From contig JADJWO010000001.1 in the NCBI GenBank assembly GCA_016716325.1, positions 497,142-561,141 of the forward strand: a DNA stretch of 64,000 bases, in the 5' to 3' direction. The notes beneath the pieces are model-generated. The model saw only the letters and a program-made list of their open reading frames with translations. It ran no database searches and had not been told where the DNA came from. This document shows, in pieces, positions 29,393-38,030 of the stretch. Made by a program: the position numbers and the translations under genes. Origin of the DNA: Nitrosomonadales bacterium (GTDB lineage: Bacteria > Pseudomonadota > Gammaproteobacteria > Burkholderiales > Gallionellaceae). Numbering within the stretch: the stretch's first letter is position 1; every line of letters starts with the position of its first letter.

Positions 29393-30267
29393 ACGAAGCA
29401 AGGCAAGCTCGGGTTTTTGGTATTCGTCCAAAGCGGAGTTTTCGCGCGGCGGCGACCCGATACCTGAACGAAAATAGCCATAAGCGCAGTATCGCAACGG
29501 ATGCCCACCATTTGAAACTGGTTGACCCTTTTATTGGTAGGCTTTCGTTGGACTCAGTGCATATGGGTACGCTTCAGCAATTCATCAGTGCGAGAAAAAG
29601 GGACGGCGTAAAAACCAAGACGATTAACGCATCGTTAGCAGTCATCCGGCATCTGCTGAATATGGCAGCATCAGAGTGGCTGGATGACAACAATCTAACT
29701 TGGCTACCCGTTGCCCCAAAGATCAAGCTGCTGAAAGTGACCGATGCACACAAGCCCTATCCGCTGTCTTGGGAAGAGCAAACCGCGTTGTTCACCGAAT
29801 TGCCCGCCCACCTTCAGCCGATGGCCCTGTTTAAGGTTAATACGGGCTGCCGTGATGGAGAGGTCTGTAGTCTGCGCTGGGACTGGGAGGTAAAAGTAGA
29901 AGAGCTGGACACGAGTGTATTCATCATCCCCGATGCATACGTCAAGAATGGTGACGAGCGACTGGTGGTGCTTAATCGGGTAGCTAAGTCGGTAGTTGCA
30001 GGACAACGCGGAAAGCACCCCGTCTACGTCTTCACATATCGAGGAAAGCCGATTGAAACCATGAACAACTCGGGCTGGCAGCACGCAAGGCGGCGAGTCA
30101 ATCTTCAGCATGTAAGGGTTCATGACCTGAAACATACTTTTGCCGAGATCCTGCGGCAGCGCGCCAAAGCATGGGCTCATTGTTCAGTCGGACAGCTTGA
30201 TGAGCTTGTGGATGCGTCAAACTGCATCGCTGATAAACGCAGTCGGATGAATCGCAGCCTAGCATGA
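29251..30267 (+). CDS. int: tyrosine-recombinase-family integrase, probably inactive (no Tyr after box II)
   Basis: NTGCRDGE (Arg I), KNGDER, and HDLKHTF (box II). The remaining 41 aa (AEILRQRAKAWAHCSVGQLDELVDASNCIADKRSRMNRSLA) contain no tyrosine and no LLGH motif. Confidence 0.75.
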   Translation: MGRKRAAGLYLRNGVWHIDKQYRGLRICESTGESELAKAEEFLTKRLDEARQARVFGIRPKRSFRAAATRYLNENSHKRSIATDAHHLKLVDPFIGRLSLDSVHMGTLQQFISARKRDGVKTKTINASLAVIRHLLNMAASEWLDDNNLTWLPVAPKIKLLKVTDAHKPYPLSWEEQTALFTELPAHLQPMALFKVNTGCRDGEVCSLRWDWEVKVEELDTSVFIIPDAYVKNGDERLVVLNRVAKSVVAGQRGKHPVYVFTYRGKPIETMNNSGWQHARRRVNLQHVRVHDLKHTFAEILRQRAKAWAHCSVGQLDELVDASNCIADKRSRMNRSLA

Positions 30268-30406
30268 TCGACAGGAAGGCTGGGAATGAAAGTCCCAAAA
30301 AGGTCAAGTGGAAAGAAAAATGGGTTGATACAGTTTGCGCTAACCCATTGATTACAAAATATGGCGCGCCCGAAGAGATTCGAACTCCTGACCCCTTGGT
30401 TCGTAG
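30148..30406. repeat. right copy of the ~260-bp imperfect direct repeat
   Basis: Partner of 6664-6924. Covers the int 3' end, the tRNA terminator hairpin and the 45-nt tRNA 3' segment. Confidence 0.85.
30311..30347 (-). terminator. rho-independent terminator downstream of tRNA-Arg
   Basis: On the minus strand, tgggttagcgcaaactgtatcaaccca is followed by tttttctttc. A hairpin sits at the same position in the left repeat copy, with a different loop. Confidence 0.6.
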
Positions 30407-30438
30407 CCAAGTACTCTATCCAGCTGAGCTACGGGCGC
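30362..30438 (-). tRNA. tRNA-Arg (anticodon ACG)
   Basis: Reverse complement: GCGCCCGTAGCTCAGCTGGATAGAGTACTTGGCTACGAACCAAGGGGTCAGGAGTTCGAATCTCTTCGGGCGCGCCA. It folds as a cloverleaf with anticodon loop CUACGAA. Confidence 0.95.
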
Positions 30439-30458
30439 GTTTTTTTGAAACTTTGTTG

Positions 30459-30552
30459 TGGCGGAGAGGGAGGGATTCGAACCCTCGATACAAGTTTAAG
30501 CTCGTATGCGCCCTTAGCAGGGGCGTGCCTTCGACCTCTCGGCCACCTCTCC
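30459..30552 (-). tRNA. tRNA-Ser (anticodon GCU)
   Basis: Reverse complement GGAGAGGTGGCCGAGAGGTCGAAGGCACGCCCCTGCTAAGGGCG...GAGGGTTCGAATCCCTCCCTCTCCGCCA, with a long variable arm and anticodon loop CUGCUAA. Confidence 0.9.
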
Positions 30553-30597
30553 GAAGGCCGCGAATGATACTGACTTGAGGCTAGGCGGTCAAACGGT

Positions 30598-31830
30598 TTA
30601 TGCGTCTTCCTGATCCAGGTCGAACGCTTTGTGCAGGACACGAACAGCCAGCTCCAGATATTTCTCGTCGATGACGACCGATATCTTGATTTCGGATGTG
30701 GAGATCATCTGGATGTTGATACCCTCTTCCGACAAGGTGCGGAACATCTTGCTGGCAATGCCGACATGCGAGCGCATTCCCACGCCTACCACCGAAACCT
30801 TGGCGGCCTTATTGTCGCCGATCACTTCGCGTGCGCCGATGTGCCCTTGCACCTTGCTCTTCAGGATGTCCATCGCCCTGACGAATTCGTTGCGATGCAC
30901 GGTGAAGGAAAAGTCGGTCGTGCCGTCCACGCCGACGTTCTGGATGATCATGTCCACATCGATGTTGGCATCGGAGACCGGGCCCAGGATCTGGTATGCG
31001 ATACCCGGCCTGTCGGGCACGCCGACGACGGTGATCTTGGCTTCGTCGCGGTTGAACGCGATTCCGGAAATGATAGCTTGTTCCATTTTGTCGTCATCCT
31101 CAAAAGTAATCAGGGTGCCGTCGCCCTCTTCTTCAAAGCTGGACAGCACGCGCAGTTTGACCTTGTATTTCCCGGCAAACTCCACCGAGCGTATCTGTAA
31201 TACCTTGGAACCCAGACTGGCCATCTCGAGCATTTCCTCGAAAGTGATGCTCTTCAGGCGGCGCGCTTCCGGCACCAAGCGGGGATCGGTGGTATATACC
31301 CCGTCCACATCGGTATAGATCTGGCATTCATCGGCATTCAGCGCGGCGGCAACAGCGACGCCGGTCGTATCCGAACCGCCGCGTCCCAGCGTGGTGATAT
31401 TGCCGTCTTCGTCCACCCCCTGGAAGCCCGCCACCACCACGACATGATCGTTTTCCAGATCCGCGCGAATGTTCTGTTCGTCGATGCTGACAATGCGCGC
31501 CTTGTTGAAAGCGCTGTCGGTCACAATGCTGACCTGCCCGCCGGTATAGCTCTTGGCTTTGACGCCAAGGCTCTTGAGCGCCATCGCCAGCAGGCCGATG
31601 GTGACCTGTTCGCCGGTGGAAACGACCACGTCGAGTTCGCGCGGGTCGGGATGTTTCTGGATCTCATGGGCAAGATGGATCAGGCGGTTGGTTTCGCCGC
31701 TCATCGCGGAAACCACCACCACGACCTGATGTCCCTGTGCCTTGAATTTCGCAACGCGCCGAGCCACATTTTTGATGCGATCGGGGTTGCCGACCGATGT
31801 ACCGCCGTACTTTTGAACGATCAATGCCAC
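30598..31830 (-). CDS. lysC: aspartate kinase
   Basis: [14 protein letters not shown]..., [12 protein letters not shown], and C-terminal ACT-domain repeats. 410 aa. Confidence 0.9.
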   Translation of the reverse strand: MALIVQKYGGTSVGNPDRIKNVARRVAKFKAQGHQVVVVVSAMSGETNRLIHLAHEIQKHPDPRELDVVVSTGEQVTIGLLAMALKSLGVKAKSYTGGQVSIVTDSAFNKARIVSIDEQNIRADLENDHVVVVAGFQGVDEDGNITTLGRGGSDTTGVAVAAALNADECQIYTDVDGVYTTDPRLVPEARRLKSITFEEMLEMASLGSKVLQIRSVEFAGKYKVKLRVLSSFEEEGDGTLITFEDDDKMEQAIISGIAFNRDEAKITVVGVPDRPGIAYQILGPVSDANIDVDMIIQNVGVDGTTDFSFTVHRNEFVRAMDILKSKVQGHIGAREVIGDNKAAKVSVVGVGMRSHVGIASKMFRTLSEEGINIQMISTSEIKISVVIDEKYLELAVRVLHKAFDLDQEDA

Positions 31831-31992
31831 GATTTTTCGTACCTTGCTAAAAAGTGGGCGCGATTCTATCGTAATTGACCAAAAAAAACGAGGTGGCGAT
31901 ATATCCGGACGCTGGTTGCCTCGAAGAGGTTCTCGCGCCCCCGGAGTGCTAAACTCGGCTCATATGAAATAACGCTCGAACCGATTGTTTCC

Positions 31993-33690
31993 ATGCCTGA
32001 GATCGTACCGCGCAACATACCCGAACTGGCCCTGCGGCATTTGCTCGACAGCGGTCACCCCTCTGCCTTGGCAAAGATCTTCGCGGCGCGGGGCATCACC
32101 GACAACCGGCAACTTGAAACTTCGCTCGCCGGACTGCTGCCGTTCGACAACCTGAAAAACATCCATGAAATGGCGCGCCATCTGGCCGACGCCATCGCTG
32201 CACAAGACAGCATACTGGTCATCGCCGACTATGACGCGGACGGCGCGACCGCCTGCGCAGTGGCCGTACGCGGGTTGCGTGCCTTTGGCGCGCACATCGA
32301 CTTCCTCGTGCCGAACCGTTTTGAATACGGGTACGGGCTGACGCCGGAGATCGTGCGACTGGCCGCCCGAAGTGAGCCGGACATCCTGTTGACGGTGGAT
32401 AACGGCATCGCCAGCATCGAAGGCGTGGCGGAAGCCAACCAGCTCGGGATGCGCGTGCTGGTCACCGACCATCATTTGCCCGCCGATGCCTTGCCGGATG
32501 CCGCGAGCATCGTCAATCCCAATCAGCGCGGATGCGCCTTTCCAGACAAGCACTTGGCGGGCGTGGGCGTGATGTTCTATGTGCTGCTGGCGTTGCGCGC
32601 GGAACTGCGCGCACGCGGCACATTCACCGATTGTCCCGAACCCAGGCTTGCCGAACTACTCGATCTCGTGGCCCTGGGCACGGTTGCCGACGTGGTCAAA
32701 CTAGGCCAGAACAATCGCATCCTGGTGCAGCAGGGCCTGCAGCGCATCCGTGCCGGACGCGCCTGCGCCGGCATCAAAGCGCTGTTGCAAGTGGCAAGGA
32801 AAGACCCAGCCCACACATCCAGCCAGGACCTGGGCTTTGCCGTCGGCCCGCGCCTGAACGCAGCCGGGCGACTGGACGACATGAGTCTTGGCATCGAATG
32901 CCTGCTGTCCGACGATGCCGCAACCGCGATGCGGATCGCGACCCGGCTGGACGCCCTCAACCGCGAGCGACGCACCATCGAGACCGACATGCAGGAAGCG
33001 GCGCTGGCGGCGCTCGAGTCGGTCGAGCCAAGCGAAAGTTTCAGTCTCGCGCTGTTCGACGAAAACTGGCATCAGGGCGTGATCGGCATCCTCGCTTCGC
33101 GCCTCAAGGACAAGTTCCATCGCCCGACCATCGCCTTCGCGCGCGCCAATGACGGTGAACTGAAAGGTTCGGGACGTTCCATCTCCGGATTGCACCTGCG
33201 TGATGCGCTGGATCTGGTCAGCAAACGGCATCCTGCGCTGATCAGGAAATTCGGTGGTCACGCCGCAGCCGCCGGCCTGAGCATCGCCGAGGCCGATTTC
33301 GACCGGTTCGCCTCATCCTTCGAACAGGTCGCCAGCGAACTGCTCGACACCGACGACCTGACTCAGCGCATCGAAACGGACGGCTCGCTGGAACATGCGG
33401 ACATGACGCTGGAAACGGCGCGCCTGCTCGAAGACCAGGTGTGGGGACAGGGCTTCCCCGCGCCGCAGTTCAATGACGACTTCATCGTGCAGGGCCAGCG
33501 CGTGGTCGGCGAAAAACATCTCAAGTTGCGTCTGGGAATACAGGGGAGATCCATGGACGCGATACTGTTCGGTCAAAGCGAACCGCTGCCGGAGCGCGTG
33601 CATCTCGTGTACAGCCTGGGCGTCAATGAATACAATGGCACGCAGGATCTGCAACTCATCGTTCGGCAGTGGCAGCACACGAAAGGGTGA
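31993..33690 (+). CDS. recJ: single-stranded-DNA-specific exonuclease RecJ
   Basis: DHH motifs (IADYDADGATA, TVDNG, LVTDHH) and a DHHA1 region (GGHAAAAG). 565 aa. Confidence 0.9.
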   Translation: MPEIVPRNIPELALRHLLDSGHPSALAKIFAARGITDNRQLETSLAGLLPFDNLKNIHEMARHLADAIAAQDSILVIADYDADGATACAVAVRGLRAFGAHIDFLVPNRFEYGYGLTPEIVRLAARSEPDILLTVDNGIASIEGVAEANQLGMRVLVTDHHLPADALPDAASIVNPNQRGCAFPDKHLAGVGVMFYVLLALRAELRARGTFTDCPEPRLAELLDLVALGTVADVVKLGQNNRILVQQGLQRIRAGRACAGIKALLQVARKDPAHTSSQDLGFAVGPRLNAAGRLDDMSLGIECLLSDDAATAMRIATRLDALNRERRTIETDMQEAALAALESVEPSESFSLALFDENWHQGVIGILASRLKDKFHRPTIAFARANDGELKGSGRSISGLHLRDALDLVSKRHPALIRKFGGHAAAAGLSIAEADFDRFASSFEQVASELLDTDDLTQRIETDGSLEHADMTLETARLLEDQVWGQGFPAPQFNDDFIVQGQRVVGEKHLKLRLGIQGRSMDAILFGQSEPLPERVHLVYSLGVNEYNGTQDLQLIVRQWQHTKG

Positions 33691-33694
33691 AGCG

Positions 33695-34957
33695 ATGGAA
33701 CTCGATTTTCTGCAAGGGAACGGCATCGAAGCCTTGCCGCAGTTTCTCACCAGCCTGGCCCTAGGCTTGCTGATCGGGCTGGAGCGCGAACGCAACCCGT
33801 CGGCCAAGGCCGGTCTGCGCACCTTCGCGCTGGTCGCCGTGCTGGGCACGCTGCTGGCGCTGCTCTCCGACAAACTCGGCTCGCCCTGGCTGCTGGTGGT
33901 CGGACTGGTCGCGGTGGCGGGCATGATCGTCGCCGCCTACCTCAATCATCCCGGGGACGAATCCGACCCCGGCACCACCACGGTCATCGCACTGCTGCTC
34001 AGTTACGGGCTGGGCATCATGATCTGGTACGACCTGGCCAGACTCGCCGTGATGCTGGCGATCGGCATCACCGCCCTGCTCTATTTCAAACCCGAACTGC
34101 ACGGCATATCGCAACGGCTGACGCGCCGCGATCTGGTCGCCATACTGCAATTCGCGGTACTGACCTTCATCGTGCTGCCGATCCTGCCGGACCAGAATTA
34201 CGGGCCGTACGATGCCGTCAATCCCTACCAGGCATGGCTGATGGTGGTGCTGATCTCCGGGCTCAGCCTCACCGGTTACGCCGCACTGCAAATGGTGGGC
34301 ACGCGCTATGGCACGCTGTTGCTGGGCTTTCTCGGCGGCCTGGTGTCGAGCACCGCAACCACATTGAGCTATGCGAGGCGCGGCAAGAGCGCCCCTGCCA
34401 TGCTGGAAGTGGCCGCCTCGGTCATCGTGATCGCCAGCATGGTGGTATTACTGCGCCTGATAATTGTCAGTTCCGTGGTCGCCTACGCCGCATTGCCCGA
34501 CCTGTTGCCGGTACTGCTGGGCGGACTGCTGTCGGGCCTGTTCGTCGCACTGTATAACTGGCGCAGGATGAGCAATGCCCCCGAGCCTCACTTCCCCGAG
34601 ACTTCCAATCCCGCCGAACTGCACACCGCCATCGGCTTCGGCCTGATGTATGTGGCGGTGTTGCTGGCGGCGGCATGGATGGAGGATTTCGCGGGCAATC
34701 AGGGGTTGTATGTCGTGGCACTGGTCTCCGGACTGACCGATGTGGACGCGATCACGTTATCCAGTCTGCGCCTGCTGAATCTCGGCCAGTTAAGCCAGCA
34801 GCAGGCGGTAACAGCCATCGCCATCGCTTTTCTTTCCAATCTCGCCTTCAAGTTCGGCATGGTGGTCTTCATCGGCGGCTGGGTTCTCGCAAGACATGTC
34901 GCCATCGGATTCGGCGCCATCGCCCTCGGGGTGCTGGCCGGACTGTTTGCGTTATAA
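33695..34957 (+). CDS. MgtC/SapB-family membrane protein with a DUF4010-like C-terminal half
   Basis: SLALGLLIGLERERN motif. About 10 hydrophobic helices. Start set at ATG 33695, just after the recJ stop. Confidence 0.7.
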   Translation: MELDFLQGNGIEALPQFLTSLALGLLIGLERERNPSAKAGLRTFALVAVLGTLLALLSDKLGSPWLLVVGLVAVAGMIVAAYLNHPGDESDPGTTTVIALLLSYGLGIMIWYDLARLAVMLAIGITALLYFKPELHGISQRLTRRDLVAILQFAVLTFIVLPILPDQNYGPYDAVNPYQAWLMVVLISGLSLTGYAALQMVGTRYGTLLLGFLGGLVSSTATTLSYARRGKSAPAMLEVAASVIVIASMVVLLRLIIVSSVVAYAALPDLLPVLLGGLLSGLFVALYNWRRMSNAPEPHFPETSNPAELHTAIGFGLMYVAVLLAAAWMEDFAGNQGLYVVALVSGLTDVDAITLSSLRLLNLGQLSQQQAVTAIAIAFLSNLAFKFGMVVFIGGWVLARHVAIGFGAIALGVLAGLFAL

Positions 34958-34986
34958 TCGCGCCCTTTTCAGCACACGACAAAATC

Positions 34987-36091
34987 ATGGAAGCCGAACA
35001 ACTCAACGCCTTGTCCAACCAGCTGCAGGATCTCGCCTCGCGCAGCGCAGAATTGCGGAGGTATCTTTGACTTCGATACCAAGCAGGAACGCCTGACCGA
35101 AGTCTGCGAACTCGCCGAAGACCCGGCCATCTGGCAGGACGCCAAACGCGCCCAGGATCTGGGACGTGAGCGCAAGTCGCTGGAAACCGTTGTGCTCGGC
35201 CTGACGAAGATTCGGCAGGACATCACTGACGCCTCGGAACTGTTCGAGATGGCCCAGGCTGAGAACGACGAGGACAGCCTGAACGGCATCGCGGACGATG
35301 TCCGGGACATCGAAAAACGCGTTGCGGAAATGGAATTCCGCCGCATGTTCTCCAACCCGGCAGACCCGAACAACTGCTTCATCGACATCCAGGCCGGCGC
35401 AGGCGGTACCGAAGCCTGTGACTGGGCTTCCATGCTACTGCGCCAATACCTGAAATACTGCGAACGCAAGGGCTTCAAGGTCGAAGTACTGGAACAGACC
35501 GACGGCGATGTCGCGGGCATCCGCAGCGCTTCGCTCAAGGTCGAAGGCGAATATGCCTATGGACACCTGCGCACCGAGACCGGCGTGCATCGCCTGGTGC
35601 GCAAATCGCCGTTCGATTCTTCCGGCGGACGACACACCTCCTTTGCCAGCCTGTTCGTCTCGCCCGAAGTGGACGACTCCATCGAGGTGGACATCAACCC
35701 GGCCGACCTGCGCATCGACACCTTCCGCGCCAGCGGCGCGGGTGGCCAGCACATCAACAAGACCGACTCAGCGATCCGCATCACCCACGCGCCGACCGGC
35801 ATCGTCGTGCAATGCCAGAGCGACCGTTCGCAGCATCGCAACAAGGCCGAAGCGATGGCCATGCTGAAATCGCGCCTGTACGAACTGGAACTGCGCAAGC
35901 GCCAATCCGAAGCGGACAAGCTGGAAGCCTCCAAGACCGATGTGGGCTGGGGCCACCAGATACGATCCTATGTGCTCGACAACTCGCGCATCAAGGATCT
36001 GCGCACCAACGTCGAGATCTCCGCCACGCAAAAAGTGCTCGACGGCGACCTCGATGCCTTCATCGAAGCCAGCCTGAAGCAAGGCGTTTAA
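34987..36091 (+). CDS. prfB: peptide chain release factor 2, expressed through a programmed +1 frameshift
   Basis: ORF0 is [27 protein letters not shown] followed by in-frame TGA at 35068. ORF1 resumes at 35069 ([12 protein letters not shown]...) and contains SPF and GGQHINK motifs. Confidence 0.95.
35057..35070 (+). promoter_or_regulatory. prfB autoregulatory frameshift site
   Basis: ggaggtatCTTTGAc: an internal SD-like GGAGG lies 3 nt upstream of the slippery CUU-UGA-C, essentially the E. coli arrangement. Confidence 0.9.
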
Positions 36092-36093
36092 CA

Positions 36094-37368
36094 ATGTCCG
36101 AGCATGACGAAAATTCGCTAGCTGAATTTTTCGCACCCGGCATCGTCCCGAATGACGTAGAGCAATTTTTCCCACTGAACAAAGCCAAGCCACTGATTGG
36201 CGCGATGATCGCGCTGTTTCGCGGTGGTGATGAAGAAGTGCTGGTGCGCCTAGTTATATTGCGCGAGATTGGCCTTCGTGCTGATGCGCCGGACTGGTCT
36301 CCGCGTGAACTGGAAACGCACTTCGCGTTTTTCGCTTCAGCAAAACTCAATACTGTACTCAGCCGTTTGCGCGAACACGAACTACTGCTGTGGGATGTAG
36401 AACGCCGCGTTTATCGCTTATCCACCGCTGGTCGCATGGTGTTGGCGGCACTATCCAACCTTCTTTCGTTCAGCGCCGAGGCTGATAGCGAATTGGGATT
36501 TTATGCCGCCCAAGTCGCTGCTGGTTCCGCCGTCGGAAAACTATCGCCCGAAGCACTGTCACACCTGCTGGCACGCCTCACCGAACTGGAAGATTCGTTT
36601 GCCCAAGCAGTCGCCTCCGGCTCTGAGTTTCGTTTGCGTGCCGCACAAAGCCAACTCCAATCAGTATGGAAGTGGATGGAGAAAGGCAACGAAGTGCTGA
36701 AGAACCTCGGTGAATCTGGACTTGCTGATGATGCCAGTTGGCGGCTGGCACAGGAAATCGGCTCACGCCAATCGCGCATCATGCGCATGTCATCTGTATT
36801 CCAAAGGGAGCTTGCCGCCATTGCGCGACAGCAAGTGCATTTATCGCAAGGCGGGCTCACCTCCTCCGAATTGGCTATATGGCTCAAAGAACGCACGATA
36901 GATGAACTAGTCGTTCTGTCTGATCAACAACTCGCAGTCGTTCCTGAAGCGACCTTTGTACTACCCGATGTGATGGTGGATAACACCGAAGATTTCATCG
37001 AACGCGAACAACCCACGCGGCGTGTCTCCACACTGCCCCCGCCCGCTGCCATCGAACACACCCAAGACATCCCACACGAACCGCCGCCGCAACTGGCTGC
37101 GCTTATCCGCCTACTTTCCGCCTTACCTCAAGCAATGTCTGTCACCGATGCCGTGGTTGGAGACAATTTCAGCGCGGCTTCCTATCGCATGTCATTGCTG
37201 GCATTTATTGGCGAACAAAACGTCGATCCGGAACTCGCGCCGTTGGCAACGCTGCCATTAACTGTGTATTGGGATAACAGCAGTAACGAATTGCACCCCG
37301 TGCATCGCAACGAAGTCGCCTCCATGAGCGCGGGCGAACTTATTCCTTTACAGGAGAACTCAAAATGA
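36094..37368 (+). CDS. jetA: JetA/MksF-like (kleisin-like) subunit of a Wadjet-like system
   Basis: 424 aa and the first gene of the four-gene operon. Winged-helix-like N-terminus (VRLVILREIGL...VYRLSTAGRMVLAAL), helical middle, conserved-looking C-terminal domain. Assigned by position and architecture, not by an HMM. Confidence 0.5.
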   Translation: MSEHDENSLAEFFAPGIVPNDVEQFFPLNKAKPLIGAMIALFRGGDEEVLVRLVILREIGLRADAPDWSPRELETHFAFFASAKLNTVLSRLREHELLLWDVERRVYRLSTAGRMVLAALSNLLSFSAEADSELGFYAAQVAAGSAVGKLSPEALSHLLARLTELEDSFAQAVASGSEFRLRAAQSQLQSVWKWMEKGNEVLKNLGESGLADDASWRLAQEIGSRQSRIMRMSSVFQRELAAIARQQVHLSQGGLTSSELAIWLKERTIDELVVLSDQQLAVVPEATFVLPDVMVDNTEDFIEREQPTRRVSTLPPPAAIEHTQDIPHEPPPQLAALIRLLSALPQAMSVTDAVVGDNFSAASYRMSLLAFIGEQNVDPELAPLATLPLTVYWDNSSNELHPVHRNEVASMSAGELIPLQENSK

Positions 37369-38030
37369 ATCACGACCCTGCCGCGCGGCTGATTGCGCGC
37401 TTACTGGCGATGCGCTACTTGCCGCGTGAAGATGCAGAGGTACGCCGCTTGCTGATCGACAGCAGCTTCCGCGATGAAGTGGATCAGCGCCTTGCCACCT
37501 GCGGCATGCGCCTACTGTCGCAACCGTTTGCCGCCCATGTCGGCATCGCTCTCACCCGCGATATCGAGAGCGCAGTATTCGAGCAGCACGACACCTGGCA
37601 AGCCAGCAACATCGGCCTGCCCAAAGACGCGGTGGCGCTGCTGGTGATTCTGTGGGCGCTCATCATCCTGCCCAAGCGCGAGCGCCAGCTGGCGGGCGAG
37701 GCGGCGCAACAGGAGTCGCAAAGCGAGCTGTTTGAGACCGTAAAACTCACGCCGCTTGCGCACGAAGCCTCGCGCGGCATCGCCGAAAATATTCTGCTGG
37801 AAGACTATGGCAAGTTGCTGGGTGGGAAAACGCGCCTCGAAAAATTTGCCCTTGCTCCACTTTCTCGCCTCGGTTTTATTGAACGCAAAAACAAAGTCAT
37901 CCACGAAGGCCCATTGCTCGACCTCGCCTTCGACTACGCCGAAATGGCTCCGCGCATCCTCAACGGCGCGCTGGCCGACTTGCTGAAAAAACGTGGCGTG
38001 CTGGCCGAAGTTACCCCGGAGGTCAACTGA
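37365..38030 (+). CDS. jetB: JetB/MksE-like small subunit
   Basis: 221 aa. ATGA overlap with the upstream gene. Its size and position match the KITE-like subunit (DUF4194) of Wadjet operons. Confidence 0.45.
   Translation: MNHDPAARLIARLLAMRYLPREDAEVRRLLIDSSFRDEVDQRLATCGMRLLSQPFAAHVGIALTRDIESAVFEQHDTWQASNIGLPKDAVALLVILWALIILPKRERQLAGEAAQQESQSELFETVKLTPLAHEASRGIAENILLEDYGKLLGGKTRLEKFALAPLSRLGFIERKNKVIHEGPLLDLAFDYAEMAPRILNGALADLLKKRGVLAEVTPEVN

Larger units (their letters stand above)
6880..30406. mobile_element. ~23.5-kb tRNA-Arg-associated genomic island with phage-satellite-like (PICI/P4-like) gene content
   Basis: Flanked by the 45-bp tRNA-derived direct repeat, with the integrase next to the intact tRNA. 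Carries xis-like, primase, helicase-like and terS genes plus R-M/defence cargo. GC is visibly mosaic, with low-GC stretches at about 7.6-8.5, 18.0-18.6, 20.1-23.1 and 25.4-26.3 kb. Confidence 0.8.

Noticed and set aside
34987-36091. prfB as a frameshifted pseudogene
   Set aside because: The interruption is the canonical CTT-TGA-C programmed frameshift site with an upstream SD-like element.
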